Assembly: GCA_029261455.1 (NCBI GenBank)
Contig: JAJDBH010000139.1
Span: 12,922 to 76,921, forward strand
Source: Nitrospinaceae bacterium
Lineage (GTDB): Bacteria; Nitrospinota; Nitrospinia; Nitrospinales; VA-1
Length of the DNA: 64,000 bases
Direction of reading: 5' to 3'
Positions 44,694 to 53,797 of this stretch are shown one piece after another. The position numbers were made by a program, and so were the translations under genes. The notes beneath the pieces were generated by a model. It did not search any database. It saw only the letters and a program-made list of their open reading frames with translations, and was not told the DNA's origin. The first letter of the stretch is position 1. Every line of letters begins with the position of its first letter.

Positions 44694-46037
44694 TTAATAT
44701 CTAATGTGGGGGGACCAAGCCGGACTATGCCCTTTTCCAGAAAAGGTCAACTGCCTGGCTTCGCCATTCCCGACCTTCTGGATAAAAAGGTTATGACGAT
44801 CTCTTTCTCTCTTGCGGTATATGATGAATCGACCATCGGGAGACCAACTTGGCTGTTCGCAACTTCCAGCGCCCGTGGTAAGGAGTTTGCTCTGATGAGT
44901 ACTCAAATCATATATTTTGATTTGAAATTTTCTACCCACTCTCGATGTGTAGGCAATTTTATCTCCATTGGGGGACCAGGCCGGGTTATCGTTATAGCCT
45001 GAACCGAAAGAGATGCGAGTTACCTTGGACTGGTCACCTTTGACTGAATCCATTATATATATTTGCGGGGCTCCGGTTCCTGAACGGTCTGAAGTGAAGG
45101 CGATTTTTTTCCCATCCGGAGACCAGGTGGGAGATGTATCAATATTAAAGTGTCGAGTTAAACGTTTTAACTTGCGGTCTCTATTCAAAATATAAACTTC
45201 GGAGTTTTGGTCTCTGCTTAGCACCAAGGCTATCCTTTGCATGTCTGGGGACCAAGCCGGTGCAGCATTCAAGCCTGGAAGACGGTGAAGAGTCTGTCTT
45301 TGTTCCCCGGCGGTATCGATCATAATCAAATCAGGATTATGCGCTGCGTACGAAGTATAAATAATCCATTTAGCATCTGGAGACCAGGCTGGGCTGAGGT
45401 TAACAGTATTGTCATGAGTCACCCGCCTCAGATTGTGTCCGTCAAAATCTATCAAGTAGATTTCCTTACCTGCGCTTTCCTGATTTAGAAAAGCTATCTG
45501 GGTTTGGGATATACCACGTTTTCCGGTCAGTTGCATGACCACTTCATCGGCAAATTTATGAATAGTTTTTCGCAACAAATCTCGCGAAGCTTTATAACGC
45601 TTACCAAGAAGGAACCGTTTATTCACAGCGTCATAAAGTCGAAAAGTTAAAACCTGGCCCTTCCCGTTAGCCACCTCACTATATTCCGATTTAATGAGCC
45701 ACTGGGCTCCTACTTGACGCCAGCTTCGGTAGTCCACTTGAGAGCTTGAGCGTTCCATTTTTTCCAGTTCTTCATACACCGGCTCTTGAAGGGGAGAAAA
45801 CCATTCGGAAAGCATCAAATCCTTTTTCAGAATTTTTTTCGCTTCCAGAGCATTTCCCATCTTATCCGCACCCTTCACAACAAAGTCAGCAATTGCCAAA
45901 GTAACTTTTTTCTGTGTTGCAAGCTGCAGATCAATACGGACCTTAGGATCCGCTGAAACAGCATGAACCTGAAACAACATCAAAACCATTAAGACTAGAG
46001 GTACATAGAAACCGGATTTACTCGTCTTTAGGAACAT
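44694..46037 (-). CDS. tolB: Tol-Pal system beta-propeller protein TolB
   Basis: Signal peptide, a TolB N-domain, and repeated PAWSPDG / PTWSPDG propeller motifs. Confidence 0.9.
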   Translation of the reverse strand: MFLKTSKSGFYVPLVLMVLMLFQVHAVSADPKVRIDLQLATQKKVTLAIADFVVKGADKMGNALEAKKILKKDLMLSEWFSPLQEPVYEELEKMERSSSQVDYRSWRQVGAQWLIKSEYSEVANGKGQVLTFRLYDAVNKRFLLGKRYKASRDLLRKTIHKFADEVVMQLTGKRGISQTQIAFLNQESAGKEIYLIDFDGHNLRRVTHDNTVNLSPAWSPDAKWIIYTSYAAHNPDLIMIDTAGEQRQTLHRLPGLNAAPAWSPDMQRIALVLSRDQNSEVYILNRDRKLKRLTRHFNIDTSPTWSPDGKKIAFTSDRSGTGAPQIYIMDSVKGDQSKVTRISFGSGYNDNPAWSPNGDKIAYTSRVGRKFQIKIYDLSTHQSKLLTTGAGSCEQPSWSPDGRFIIYRKRERDRHNLFIQKVGNGEARQLTFSGKGHSPAWSPHIRY

Positions 46038-47292
46038 ATTTAAAATATATATTTATATGAAGGTTAGACATCTTTAACTCCTCGGGAAACTCAGGGAAAG
46101 GCACCGAATCCAGTACCGCCCTGACAGCCAATGTATCCAAGGCCTCAACTCCCGAGCTTTTTTTGATAAAAGGCTTATCAATATTTCCACGGGGAAAAAT
46201 AAAAAAAGAAACCACCGTTTCCTGATTATGTTCTTCAGCCAAAGGTTCCCGCCAGTTTTTATAAATTTTTTCCTGAATCATTCCCACATACAACGATTGC
46301 ATATCTGCACCAGGAACACCCTCTTTTTCCGTAAACACATAAGAGTCTCCTGTCCCAGATTCTGCCGGGGTATGGGAAGTTTTGGGCAAGGTACGCAGTT
46401 TGCTCTGAAAGCTGGAGGAGTCGAGTTTGGCACTGGAGACTTCCACTTTCACGGGTTCTGAATCCACCGACAACGAATCTAATTTCTCCACAAAGGAATC
46501 AAAAGATTCGCTGATCTTCTGCGTGCTTTGCTGAGACTTTACGGCTTTAACCTGAGGAGCAGGTGTCGCATCCAACTTAGCCAGCTGTTGCAATTCTTTC
46601 AACAAATCCACTTCAGGAGCTTGAGGTTTTTCAGGCACAACTTTTTCGGGCTCCTGTTTTTGCTGGTTCTCGACAGAAACTTCTTTTTGTGTTTTTTCGA
46701 GAAGACTCTCTTCCAATTTAAGCTCTTCAAAATTCTTCAAAATATCTTCCTGCAGGGGAACAGGTGCAACAACCTTTGCGGGAGCTATCTTTTTATTCTT
46801 CAAAGCTTCCAATTCCCTAAAAGTCTCTTCGGTAACAGCTTTCTTCTTTACTCGTTTGCTCGCAAGGGGTTTCTGCTTAGGCTTTTCCAACCGCGCCAAC
46901 TGGTCCAGCTCTTCCACCATTTTTTTCTTCGGCGGAATAGCCGTTTTTGTTTCCAGCTTACTCAACTCGGCCAGAATCCCTTTGGACTTAGGTGCCTTTT
47001 TAACCGCAGTAGGTTTTGAATCCGCTGTTTTCTTTAAGGCCGGAATCTTTGGACTCAACTTCTCAGCCTTGGTTTTTTCAACTTTTATAGGGGGTTTCGA
47101 ACGTTTTGGCGCAGCCGCCTTAGACCCTGCCGGCTCACTGACCAGATTCACCATAAATGCAGGGACTATGGCCTTCTCAGGTAGAGGGGGCTTGGGAAGA
47201 AACAAAACAGCGGTCAAAAGCAAAAGATGCCCAAAAACAGAAAACACAAGCATCTGGTTAAAGTCGATAGACGGGGAAAGCTGGACTCTCAT
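46018..47292 (-). CDS. tolA: TolA-like protein (N-terminal anchor, Lys/Pro/Glu-rich spacer, TonB/TolA C-terminal domain)
   Basis: Single TM segment (VFSVFGHLLLLTAVLFL), a long charged spacer, and a TonB_C-like end. ATGA overlap with tolR. Assigned from the tolQR-tolB context. Confidence 0.7.
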   Translation of the reverse strand: MRVQLSPSIDFNQMLVFSVFGHLLLLTAVLFLPKPPLPEKAIVPAFMVNLVSEPAGSKAAAPKRSKPPIKVEKTKAEKLSPKIPALKKTADSKPTAVKKAPKSKGILAELSKLETKTAIPPKKKMVEELDQLARLEKPKQKPLASKRVKKKAVTEETFRELEALKNKKIAPAKVVAPVPLQEDILKNFEELKLEESLLEKTQKEVSVENQQKQEPEKVVPEKPQAPEVDLLKELQQLAKLDATPAPQVKAVKSQQSTQKISESFDSFVEKLDSLSVDSEPVKVEVSSAKLDSSSFQSKLRTLPKTSHTPAESGTGDSYVFTEKEGVPGADMQSLYVGMIQEKIYKNWREPLAEEHNQETVVSFFIFPRGNIDKPFIKKSSGVEALDTLAVRAVLDSVPFPEFPEELKMSNLHINIYFKYVPKDE

Positions 47293-47690
47293 GACTGTGA
47301 AGGTTCTGTCACCATCCCAATATTTTGCACTCCGGCCTGCTTAACGGTGGATAAGACGTGCATGACAAAACCATAGTCCAAGGTTTTGTCTGCCCGCAAA
47401 TAAACACCGCCATCTTTACTGGCTTCGACATATTGCTCTACCTTACGGGTCAACCCCATCAGGTTTGTCAGCTCCTCCTGCTTCCAGAATATTTTTTTAC
47501 TGCTCTTTAAAGTAATGGTAGGGATTTCTTTAATGCTGATCGGGGCGATCGATTCTTTAGGAAGCTGGACTTCCATTCCATGTTGCATAAGTGGTGCTGT
47601 TATCATGAAAATAACCAGCAACACCAGCATGACATCCACAAAGGGCGTCACGTTAATCTCCGCCAGAAAAGGTCTTCGTTGCTTTAACAT
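47289..47690 (-). CDS. tolR: Biopolymer transport protein TolR/ExbD
   Basis: EINVTPFVDVMLVLLVIFMITAP is the ExbD/TolR signature. Confidence 0.85.
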   Translation of the reverse strand: MLKQRRPFLAEINVTPFVDVMLVLLVIFMITAPLMQHGMEVQLPKESIAPISIKEIPTITLKSSKKIFWKQEELTNLMGLTRKVEQYVEASKDGGVYLRADKTLDYGFVMHVLSTVKQAGVQNIGMVTEPSQS

Positions 47691-47724
47691 AAATGTTTTA
47701 TTTTAGGACTGGAAAAAGGTCCGG

Positions 47725-48519
47725 TCACGAAAGATCGAATGATTTTTCTTCTACCGGCTCCCGTACGAAATTTTTTTCCGCCATGTAAGCAAAGTCCAGA
47801 GAAAAATCATCCATGACGGATGTGAAAAGTGAAATTTTATTATTGAAGTAATTGAAAAAGATAACCGCCGGGATTGCCGCCACTAGCCCCGCAGCGGTCG
47901 CAATGAGCGCCTCTGCAATCCCCGGAGCCACACCTCCTATACTGGCTGTGCCCTGCAATCCAATCGACCTGAATGAATGCATGATTCCCCAAACCGTCCC
48001 GAACAAACCAATAAAAGGTGTCGTACTGCCCGTTGTTGCGAGAAAGTCCAATCGATGCGAAAGCCGTCCCACTTCCAAATTGATGGCTTTATTGAGAGCA
48101 AGACTGATGCCCTTCAAGTCTCGGGGGGTCACCATCTCCCCTCCAGTAGCTGGAGGCTCACCGCGTTTTTTACGCTCTTCCTTAGCCATCTCCTGAAAAA
48201 CAAAAAGTTCTCGATAACCAGTCAGGAATACCCGAGCCAAAGGGCTGACTCGTAACTCTTTAGCAAAATTGTAAATATGGGTCAGGTTTTCTGTTTTCGA
48301 AAAGGTCTCCAGAAATCGACCATCTTCACTTTTCGCCTTGAGATAGGTACTGAACTTGCTACAAATAATTGCCCAGGACACAATGGAAAATATCAGGAGT
48401 AACAATAGAACTCCCTTGGCCATAGGACTCGACTGCATGACCAACTCAACAAAACTTAATGGATTATCAGAAATTACATTTTGCACACGGAACCTCTTCG
48501 TGGATAAAGTGAGGCCCAA
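47725..48519 (-). CDS. tolQ: MotA/TolQ/ExbB proton-channel protein TolQ
   Basis: LATTGSTTPFIGLFGTVWGIM...GIAEALIATAAGL. Start uncertain; the ATG at 48438 is possible. Confidence 0.85.
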   Translation of the reverse strand: MGLTLSTKRFRVQNVISDNPLSFVELVMQSSPMAKGVLLLLLIFSIVSWAIICSKFSTYLKAKSEDGRFLETFSKTENLTHIYNFAKELRVSPLARVFLTGYRELFVFQEMAKEERKKRGEPPATGGEMVTPRDLKGISLALNKAINLEVGRLSHRLDFLATTGSTTPFIGLFGTVWGIMHSFRSIGLQGTASIGGVAPGIAEALIATAAGLVAAIPAVIFFNYFNNKISLFTSVMDDFSLDFAYMAEKNFVREPVEEKSFDLS

Positions 48520-48681
48520 AGGCAGGACGCCAGAAGGTATAAGTTTATTTACTTCTAATTAAATCAACACTTTACTTTAATTAAAACCCCGGTTTAAGTC
48601 AAATATTAATACTAAGGAAAACACAACCAAGGTAAATTCAAACAAGTTGATGGAGAAACAATGATTTCTCAATTTACCCAA

Positions 48682-49254
48682 TCATTTCTTCGCACGCTCT
48701 AAATACTCTCTCGATGTGGTTGAAACCTTCACCACTTCACCTATCTGAATAAAATTCGGCACCGTCACAACCAGACCGGTTTCGAGTGTCGCCGGTTTTC
48801 CCGACCCAGAAGCAGTAGCCCCCTTCAAAGGAGGTTCCGTATCCGTCACAGCGAGCTCCACTGCTTCGGGGAAAGACACACCAATGGGGTTGTCGTCACA
48901 AAACTCAATCTTTACCTTGGCATTGGGCAATAGAAATGCCTTGTCATTGCCAATGACTTTATCTTCAAGAAAAATCTGTTCATAAGTTTCGCAGTTCATA
49001 AAGCATAAACCCGCAGGGTCATCGTATAGATATTCCATCTCTATCTGTTCCATTTCGGCACGCTCTACCGATTCATCGGAACGGAACTTCAATTCTGTTT
49101 GCGTTCCGTCCTTTAGTTTTCTAAGCTTAGCCTGCATGGATGCCTGTCCTTTTCCTGGAGTGCGATGTTCGGTCACCATGACACGATATAAATCACCCTT
49201 AACCTTGATCACATACCCGGGACGAAGCCCATTACCTTTAACAAAAGCAACCAT
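48682..49254 (-). CDS. efp: Elongation factor P (Lys-type loop, ..RTPGKGQAS..)
   Basis: LRPGYVIKVKGDLYRVMVTEHRTPGKGQASMQAKLR. 190 aa. Confidence 0.95.
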   Translation of the reverse strand: MVAFVKGNGLRPGYVIKVKGDLYRVMVTEHRTPGKGQASMQAKLRKLKDGTQTELKFRSDESVERAEMEQIEMEYLYDDPAGLCFMNCETYEQIFLEDKVIGNDKAFLLPNAKVKIEFCDDNPIGVSFPEAVELAVTDTEPPLKGATASGSGKPATLETGLVVTVPNFIQIGEVVKVSTTSREYLERAKK

Positions 49255-49398
49255 TCGACAAGTTCCCCAAATTTATTGATTTATTGAAGCAGGATAAAAC
49301 GAGTTTTTCACCCATAGATTCGATGATTATCATGGAGCAGATGATAAGAATCAAGGAAAATCCCGAACTTACCCGAAAGTCTCAGGAGAGTTAACAGG

Positions 49399-50028
49399 AT
49401 GAAATGTCCATTATGCAGTTTTTTAGCCCATTACCTGACTTCCGGAGAGGACCGGGAATACTGGATCTGCTCAAAATGTCGAGCAATATTCGTTCCGGCA
49501 AGCTTCCACATTTCTCAAGATGAAGAGGTCAAACGCTATCTAGAGCATGAAAACAGCCTTGAGAGCGAAGGCTATGTGCAGATGTTTCAGAAAAAAATCA
49601 ATATTCTTCAAGCTTACGAAATCAAATCAGCTCTGGATTATGGCTGTGGGTATGAGCCTGTCCTGAAAACCCTGCTGGAGCGAGAGGGAATCAAAGCCGA
49701 CGGGTATGATCCTAACTTCTTTCCTGATACACCTCTGGACAAACTCTATGACCTAGTCATCTCCACAGAAACCTTTGAACACTTCAGAAAGCCGGCTGAA
49801 GAAATCCCGCGCATTGCTGACCGGGTAGCACCGGGAGGCGTTCTCGCAATCATGACCCGTTTTTATCCGACCAAAGACTTTGCAGACTGGTATTATAAAC
49901 GCGACCCCACCCACATTATTTTCTACTGTTCAGAAACCTTCCAGTGGCTGGCGGAAAATACGGGATTTAAATTGGTCTTCAACAATGAGCACGATTTTGT
50001 GGTATTAAAGAAACTCTCTAACGAGTGA
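49399..50028 (+). CDS. Class I SAM-dependent methyltransferase with N-terminal CxxC...CxxC zinc ribbon
   Basis: MKCPLCSF...CSKCRA, then motif I ALDYGCGYE. Confidence 0.7.
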   Translation: MKCPLCSFLAHYLTSGEDREYWICSKCRAIFVPASFHISQDEEVKRYLEHENSLESEGYVQMFQKKINILQAYEIKSALDYGCGYEPVLKTLLEREGIKADGYDPNFFPDTPLDKLYDLVISTETFEHFRKPAEEIPRIADRVAPGGVLAIMTRFYPTKDFADWYYKRDPTHIIFYCSETFQWLAENTGFKLVFNNEHDFVVLKKLSNE

Positions 50029-50126
50029 GGCAAATAGCTATCCACTTCCGTTAGAGGATGTAGAATCCCCCAACCTTAAAATTGATGCCCCGAAGGGGTA
50101 CGTCTAATAAAGAAAAGAGAGGAATT

Positions 50127-51797
50127 ATGGCAGGAGAATATATTTTCACCATGCAGGACCTGATCAAACGGTACGGACGTAACGAAGTACTGAATGGCAT
50201 TAACCTTAGTTTTTATCATGGCGCCAAAATTGGCATCGTCGGAGAAAACGGATCGGGTAAATCCACCGTCCTTAAAATCATGGCGGGTGAAGATCAGGAG
50301 TTTGAAGGCCGTGCCGCGCCCTTAAAGGGAACCACCATCGGGTTCCTGCCTCAAGAACCGGTTCTGGACGACGAGAAAACTGTCCGGGAAAATGTAGAAC
50401 AGGCGTTTGGGGAAATTAAGGCAATGATTGAGGAGTTTAACGAAGTCAGCGCAAAAATGGCCGAACCCATGTCGGACGACGAAATGGAAAAAGCTCTGGA
50501 AAAAATGGGCCGACTTCAGGATCAAATCGATGCCGCAGATGGATGGGAACTGGACCGGCAGGTAGAAGTAGCAATGGATGCTCTAGTGCTTCCCGCCGAT
50601 GACCAGAAAGCTGGAACCCTCTCAGGCGGCGAAGCCCGAAGAGTCGCGCTTTGCAAACTGCTCCTACAAAAACCTGACATGATTCTTCTCGATGAACCCA
50701 CCAACCATCTTGATGCCGAAACCGTGCAATGGTTGGAGGAGACACTCGCGAACTATCCCGGCAACGTCATCGTGTCCACCCATGATCGGTACTTTCTCGA
50801 CAACATCACTAAATGGATTCTTGAACTCGAAAGCGGAAAAGGCAGACCGTTTGAAGGCAACTACACTTCCTGGCTGGAACAAAAAGCCGAAATCCTGAGA
50901 AAGAGAGAGAAATCCGCTTCGACCTTGCAAAAACGTCTGGAAAAAGAATTGCAATGGTTGAAAGAAACTCCCGGTGCACGACGTAAACAAAATAAAGGCC
51001 GGATTAATGAATACGAAAAACTTTCTGCTCGCAAAGTAGACTTGGAAGACAACTCGCTGGAAATCCAGATCGCTCCCGGCCCACAACTCGGCGAACAGGT
51101 GATTGAGATCGACTCAATTAGCAAAAGCTATGATGACCCCATTATCCAGGACCTGACTTTCTCGGTACCCCGTGGAGCAGTGGTCGGTTTGATCGGGCCC
51201 AATGGTGCAGGAAAAACCACTCTGTTCCGCATGATCGCCGGAGAAGAACAACCCGACTCAGGAACCCTGAAGCTTGGGTCCACGGTAAAACTTTCCTACG
51301 TTGATCAACACCGCCACGACTTGAGTCCTGATAAAACTGTGTTCGAAGAAATAACCGGAGGCACCGAGCATATCGAAGTCGCAGGCAAGACAATTATTTC
51401 CAGAGCCTATGTTGGGCGGTTCAATTTTAAAGGTCCAGATCAACAGAAAAAAGTGGGCGAACTTTCTGGCGGAGAACGTAACCGGGTTCATCTGGCAAAA
51501 CTTCTCAGAAGAGGTGGGAATGTCCTGCTCCTCGATGAGCCCACTAACGACCTCGATGTGACCACTCTACGTAATCTCGAAAATGCCATTCTGGATTTCA
51601 GCGGATGCGTTCTGGTCATCAGTCATGACCGGTTTTTTCTCGACCGCATCTGCACCCACCTTCTGGTTTTTGAAGGCAACAGCAAAGTACGCTGGTTCGA
51701 AGGAAACTTTGGAGAGTATCAGGAAAAACGCAAACAGGAACTAGGTGGCCGCGAAGAAAACAGAAGATCAAAATATAAGAAGTTAACGATTCACTAG
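50127..51797 (+). CDS. ettA: ABC-F ATPase, EttA-like translational throttle
   Basis: Two ABC cassettes (GENGSGKST / GPNGAGKTT; LSGGE twice) with no TM domain. N-terminus MAGEYIFTMQDLIKRYG. The ATG at 50127 fits better than 50082. Confidence 0.85.
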   Translation: MAGEYIFTMQDLIKRYGRNEVLNGINLSFYHGAKIGIVGENGSGKSTVLKIMAGEDQEFEGRAAPLKGTTIGFLPQEPVLDDEKTVRENVEQAFGEIKAMIEEFNEVSAKMAEPMSDDEMEKALEKMGRLQDQIDAADGWELDRQVEVAMDALVLPADDQKAGTLSGGEARRVALCKLLLQKPDMILLDEPTNHLDAETVQWLEETLANYPGNVIVSTHDRYFLDNITKWILELESGKGRPFEGNYTSWLEQKAEILRKREKSASTLQKRLEKELQWLKETPGARRKQNKGRINEYEKLSARKVDLEDNSLEIQIAPGPQLGEQVIEIDSISKSYDDPIIQDLTFSVPRGAVVGLIGPNGAGKTTLFRMIAGEEQPDSGTLKLGSTVKLSYVDQHRHDLSPDKTVFEEITGGTEHIEVAGKTIISRAYVGRFNFKGPDQQKKVGELSGGERNRVHLAKLLRRGGNVLLLDEPTNDLDVTTLRNLENAILDFSGCVLVISHDRFFLDRICTHLLVFEGNSKVRWFEGNFGEYQEKRKQELGGREENRRSKYKKLTIH

Positions 51798-51872
51798 GCG
51801 TGAGGCCAGCTAGCAAAAAGTTTTATTGGCAAGCAAAGGACGGTCTCGGCTAGAGGAAAAAGGGCTTCTGCT

Positions 51873-51902
51873 CCCTCTTTATTAAAGAGGGCTGGGGTGA
51901 TT
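51873..51902. repeat. REP-like element copy
   Basis: CCCTCTTTATTAAAGAGGGCTGGGGTGATT is the exact reverse complement of 8281-8310. Confidence 0.75.
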
Positions 51903-51922
51903 CACCTACATTCTTTCAAAAT

Positions 51923-51964
51923 AAAAAAGGGGCAGAGCCCAAAAGGCTCTACCCCTTTTCTTTT
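51923..51964. terminator. Bidirectional terminator between ettA and the tail-fibre-like gene
   Basis: A6-GGGGCAGAGCC-CAAAA-GGCTCTACCCC-TTTTCTTTT lies between convergent genes. Confidence 0.6.
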
Positions 51965-51982
51965 AATACGAATGTTAACTAA

Positions 51983-53428
51983 TTACCGCCACTCCAACCC
52001 GACACCGTGCAGGTTGAGGAGTTTGTTGTTCAGCGTTTCAACTTTCCATTCCATATCTGTGCCAGTTGGTTGACCAGAAATGTCAACCGTGCCAGTTAAC
52101 AGATTACCTTTTTCAAATTCTCCAGCATCAGACAGAGTAACCTGAGTGAAGGTGGTTCCTCCATCACGACTCACCGAAGCTTTGAGATCTGTGTTGATGA
52201 CGATATCTGCCGCCACATCTTCTGCCATGAGAATGATATTGGCACCATTCGGTTCTGTCTTCGCCGTCTGCGAATTGGAAACCAGGGTCATATTTTCTGT
52301 AATAACTTCGGTTGCATGGACTTTGAAATATAAATCAGTTTCCAGATTTCCACTTGGCCAGGTAACACCACCATCGTTTGATATATTGTATCCACCAACA
52401 ATTGGACCAGTGACACGGTCAGCACCTATAATCCAACCGGTATCCACAGCCTGATTTGCCATTGCAGTGACAATCCAATATTGGGTAGAGGCGCTCAAGT
52501 TAATGCCACCAGAAAAAACCCATGAATTTACGTTGCCCACAGAAAAAGTTCCTGGAACCACGGTTATTGCTTTTGTTGCACCCGGATCTACCAGGGTTCC
52601 TGATGGTCTATTTGAACTGTCTGTTTCGATACGTACGGTCACATTTCCTACAGGGCTCCCAAAGTTTTCGAAGAATTGCAAATCAACTTGCGAAAGCGAT
52701 ATGCTTGTTCCAGTTGTAAAAGACTGTGCCACTCTATACTCAACTCCAATTTGATCACCAATACCCTGAAACCTTAGTCCAACTTGATTAACAATATCTT
52801 CGTTACCTCCGATGGGATTCAGGTTTTTATATTTTTCTCCATTGGAATCATAATCTTCATTCGTAGATGCGGTGGCATCAACACCGGTCTCGCTATTAAA
52901 AGCATCCACGGATCCGTTGATCATTTTCAATACCTGAGGTGGACTGACATTTCCTGCCGTCCGGTAAGCGTTCAACAATACATTAGAATTGAAAAGCTGA
53001 TCGCCTTCGGCAGGGTTGGCCCACAAAAGGTTTCCGCTGGTGTCTGAAGTGAGGAACTGACCGCTTGCCCCCACTGCCAGTCGAGTTTCACTGGTGCCAT
53101 CATGAACCAGAACATCCCCTTTGGTGGTGAGTGTTTCAGGAGCAGCGATGGTGAGTGTTTCGTTGGCGCCACCATTGCCTTCGGTGAGTGTGATCCCGGC
53201 TCCTCCAACTAGTTTTCCGTTCAAGAATCCCGCTGTCGTGTCATCAGCAGAGACCTTGACATTTTCATCTGTTGCAGTTGATGAGATGGTGAGTGTGGGG
53301 TTTGCTCCATCGGTGACCTGTAAATCGATGTTCGCCCCTTCCTCCATTGTCAGAGTTTCGGCTGAGGCGGTTGCCCCGCCTGCCAGAATCAAGCTCAACA
53401 ACATGATCAGTACTAATAAATTTCGCAT
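51983..53428 (-). CDS. Secreted protein with a phage-tail-fibre-like motif (function unknown)
   Basis: ATG at 53428 behind AGGGGG. Signal peptide MRNLLVLIMLLSLILAGGATASA. TTKGDVLVHDGTSETRLAVGASGQFLTSDTSGNLLWA resembles a motif common in phage fibre and receptor-binding proteins. The remainder is beta-rich. Confidence 0.55.
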   Translation of the reverse strand: MRNLLVLIMLLSLILAGGATASAETLTMEEGANIDLQVTDGANPTLTISSTATDENVKVSADDTTAGFLNGKLVGGAGITLTEGNGGANETLTIAAPETLTTKGDVLVHDGTSETRLAVGASGQFLTSDTSGNLLWANPAEGDQLFNSNVLLNAYRTAGNVSPPQVLKMINGSVDAFNSETGVDATASTNEDYDSNGEKYKNLNPIGGNEDIVNQVGLRFQGIGDQIGVEYRVAQSFTTGTSISLSQVDLQFFENFGSPVGNVTVRIETDSSNRPSGTLVDPGATKAITVVPGTFSVGNVNSWVFSGGINLSASTQYWIVTAMANQAVDTGWIIGADRVTGPIVGGYNISNDGGVTWPSGNLETDLYFKVHATEVITENMTLVSNSQTAKTEPNGANIILMAEDVAADIVINTDLKASVSRDGGTTFTQVTLSDAGEFEKGNLLTGTVDISGQPTGTDMEWKVETLNNKLLNLHGVGLEWR

Positions 53429-53589
53429 ATCGAACCCCCTTAAAAGCGTGAAAGTATTTGAATACGGATAACTTTCACGCAGAGGTTTTGGTTCGAACAA
53501 GCGAAATATTCTTCTTGCCAAAGCCCTAAGAAATTAACGGTTAATATTCAAGGTGTTTGGGAATGAAAAAATGTGCGGTGGGGTCTACA

Positions 53590-53609
53590 GGTTGTAAATC
53601 ACCCCAGCC
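53590..53609. repeat. REP-like element, partial copy
   Basis: GGTTGTAAATCACCCCAGCC is identical to 8274-8293. Confidence 0.65.
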
Positions 53610-53797
53610 ATCAAACCTTAAAATGACCGGCTTGATCTTTGAGAGAGAAGAAGACCCGATGCTTCGACATGCCCTTTCAGGGCAAGAAGGCAACGGTTTA
53701 ATACCACTAGCTCAGCATGACACCTTTGGGGTTTTGTAGAAGTCATACAGAGTCCCGCCAAAGAACTTCTACAACACCTATTGCTCGCCAGAAAAAG

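Noticed and set aside
46528-47344. Two plus-strand ORFs (163 and 162 aa) inside the tolA-like gene
   Set aside because: They are antisense products of the Lys/Pro/Glu-rich TolA spacer. The minus frame fits the tolQ-tolR-tolA-tolB context and is translationally coupled to tolR.
51983-53428. Prophage or tailocin, suggested by the fibre-like motif
   Set aside because: No capsid, tail, baseplate, lysis or integrase genes, and no att-like repeats, lie nearby. The neighbours are ettA and a sensor kinase. The gene is retained only as an orphan fibre-like gene.
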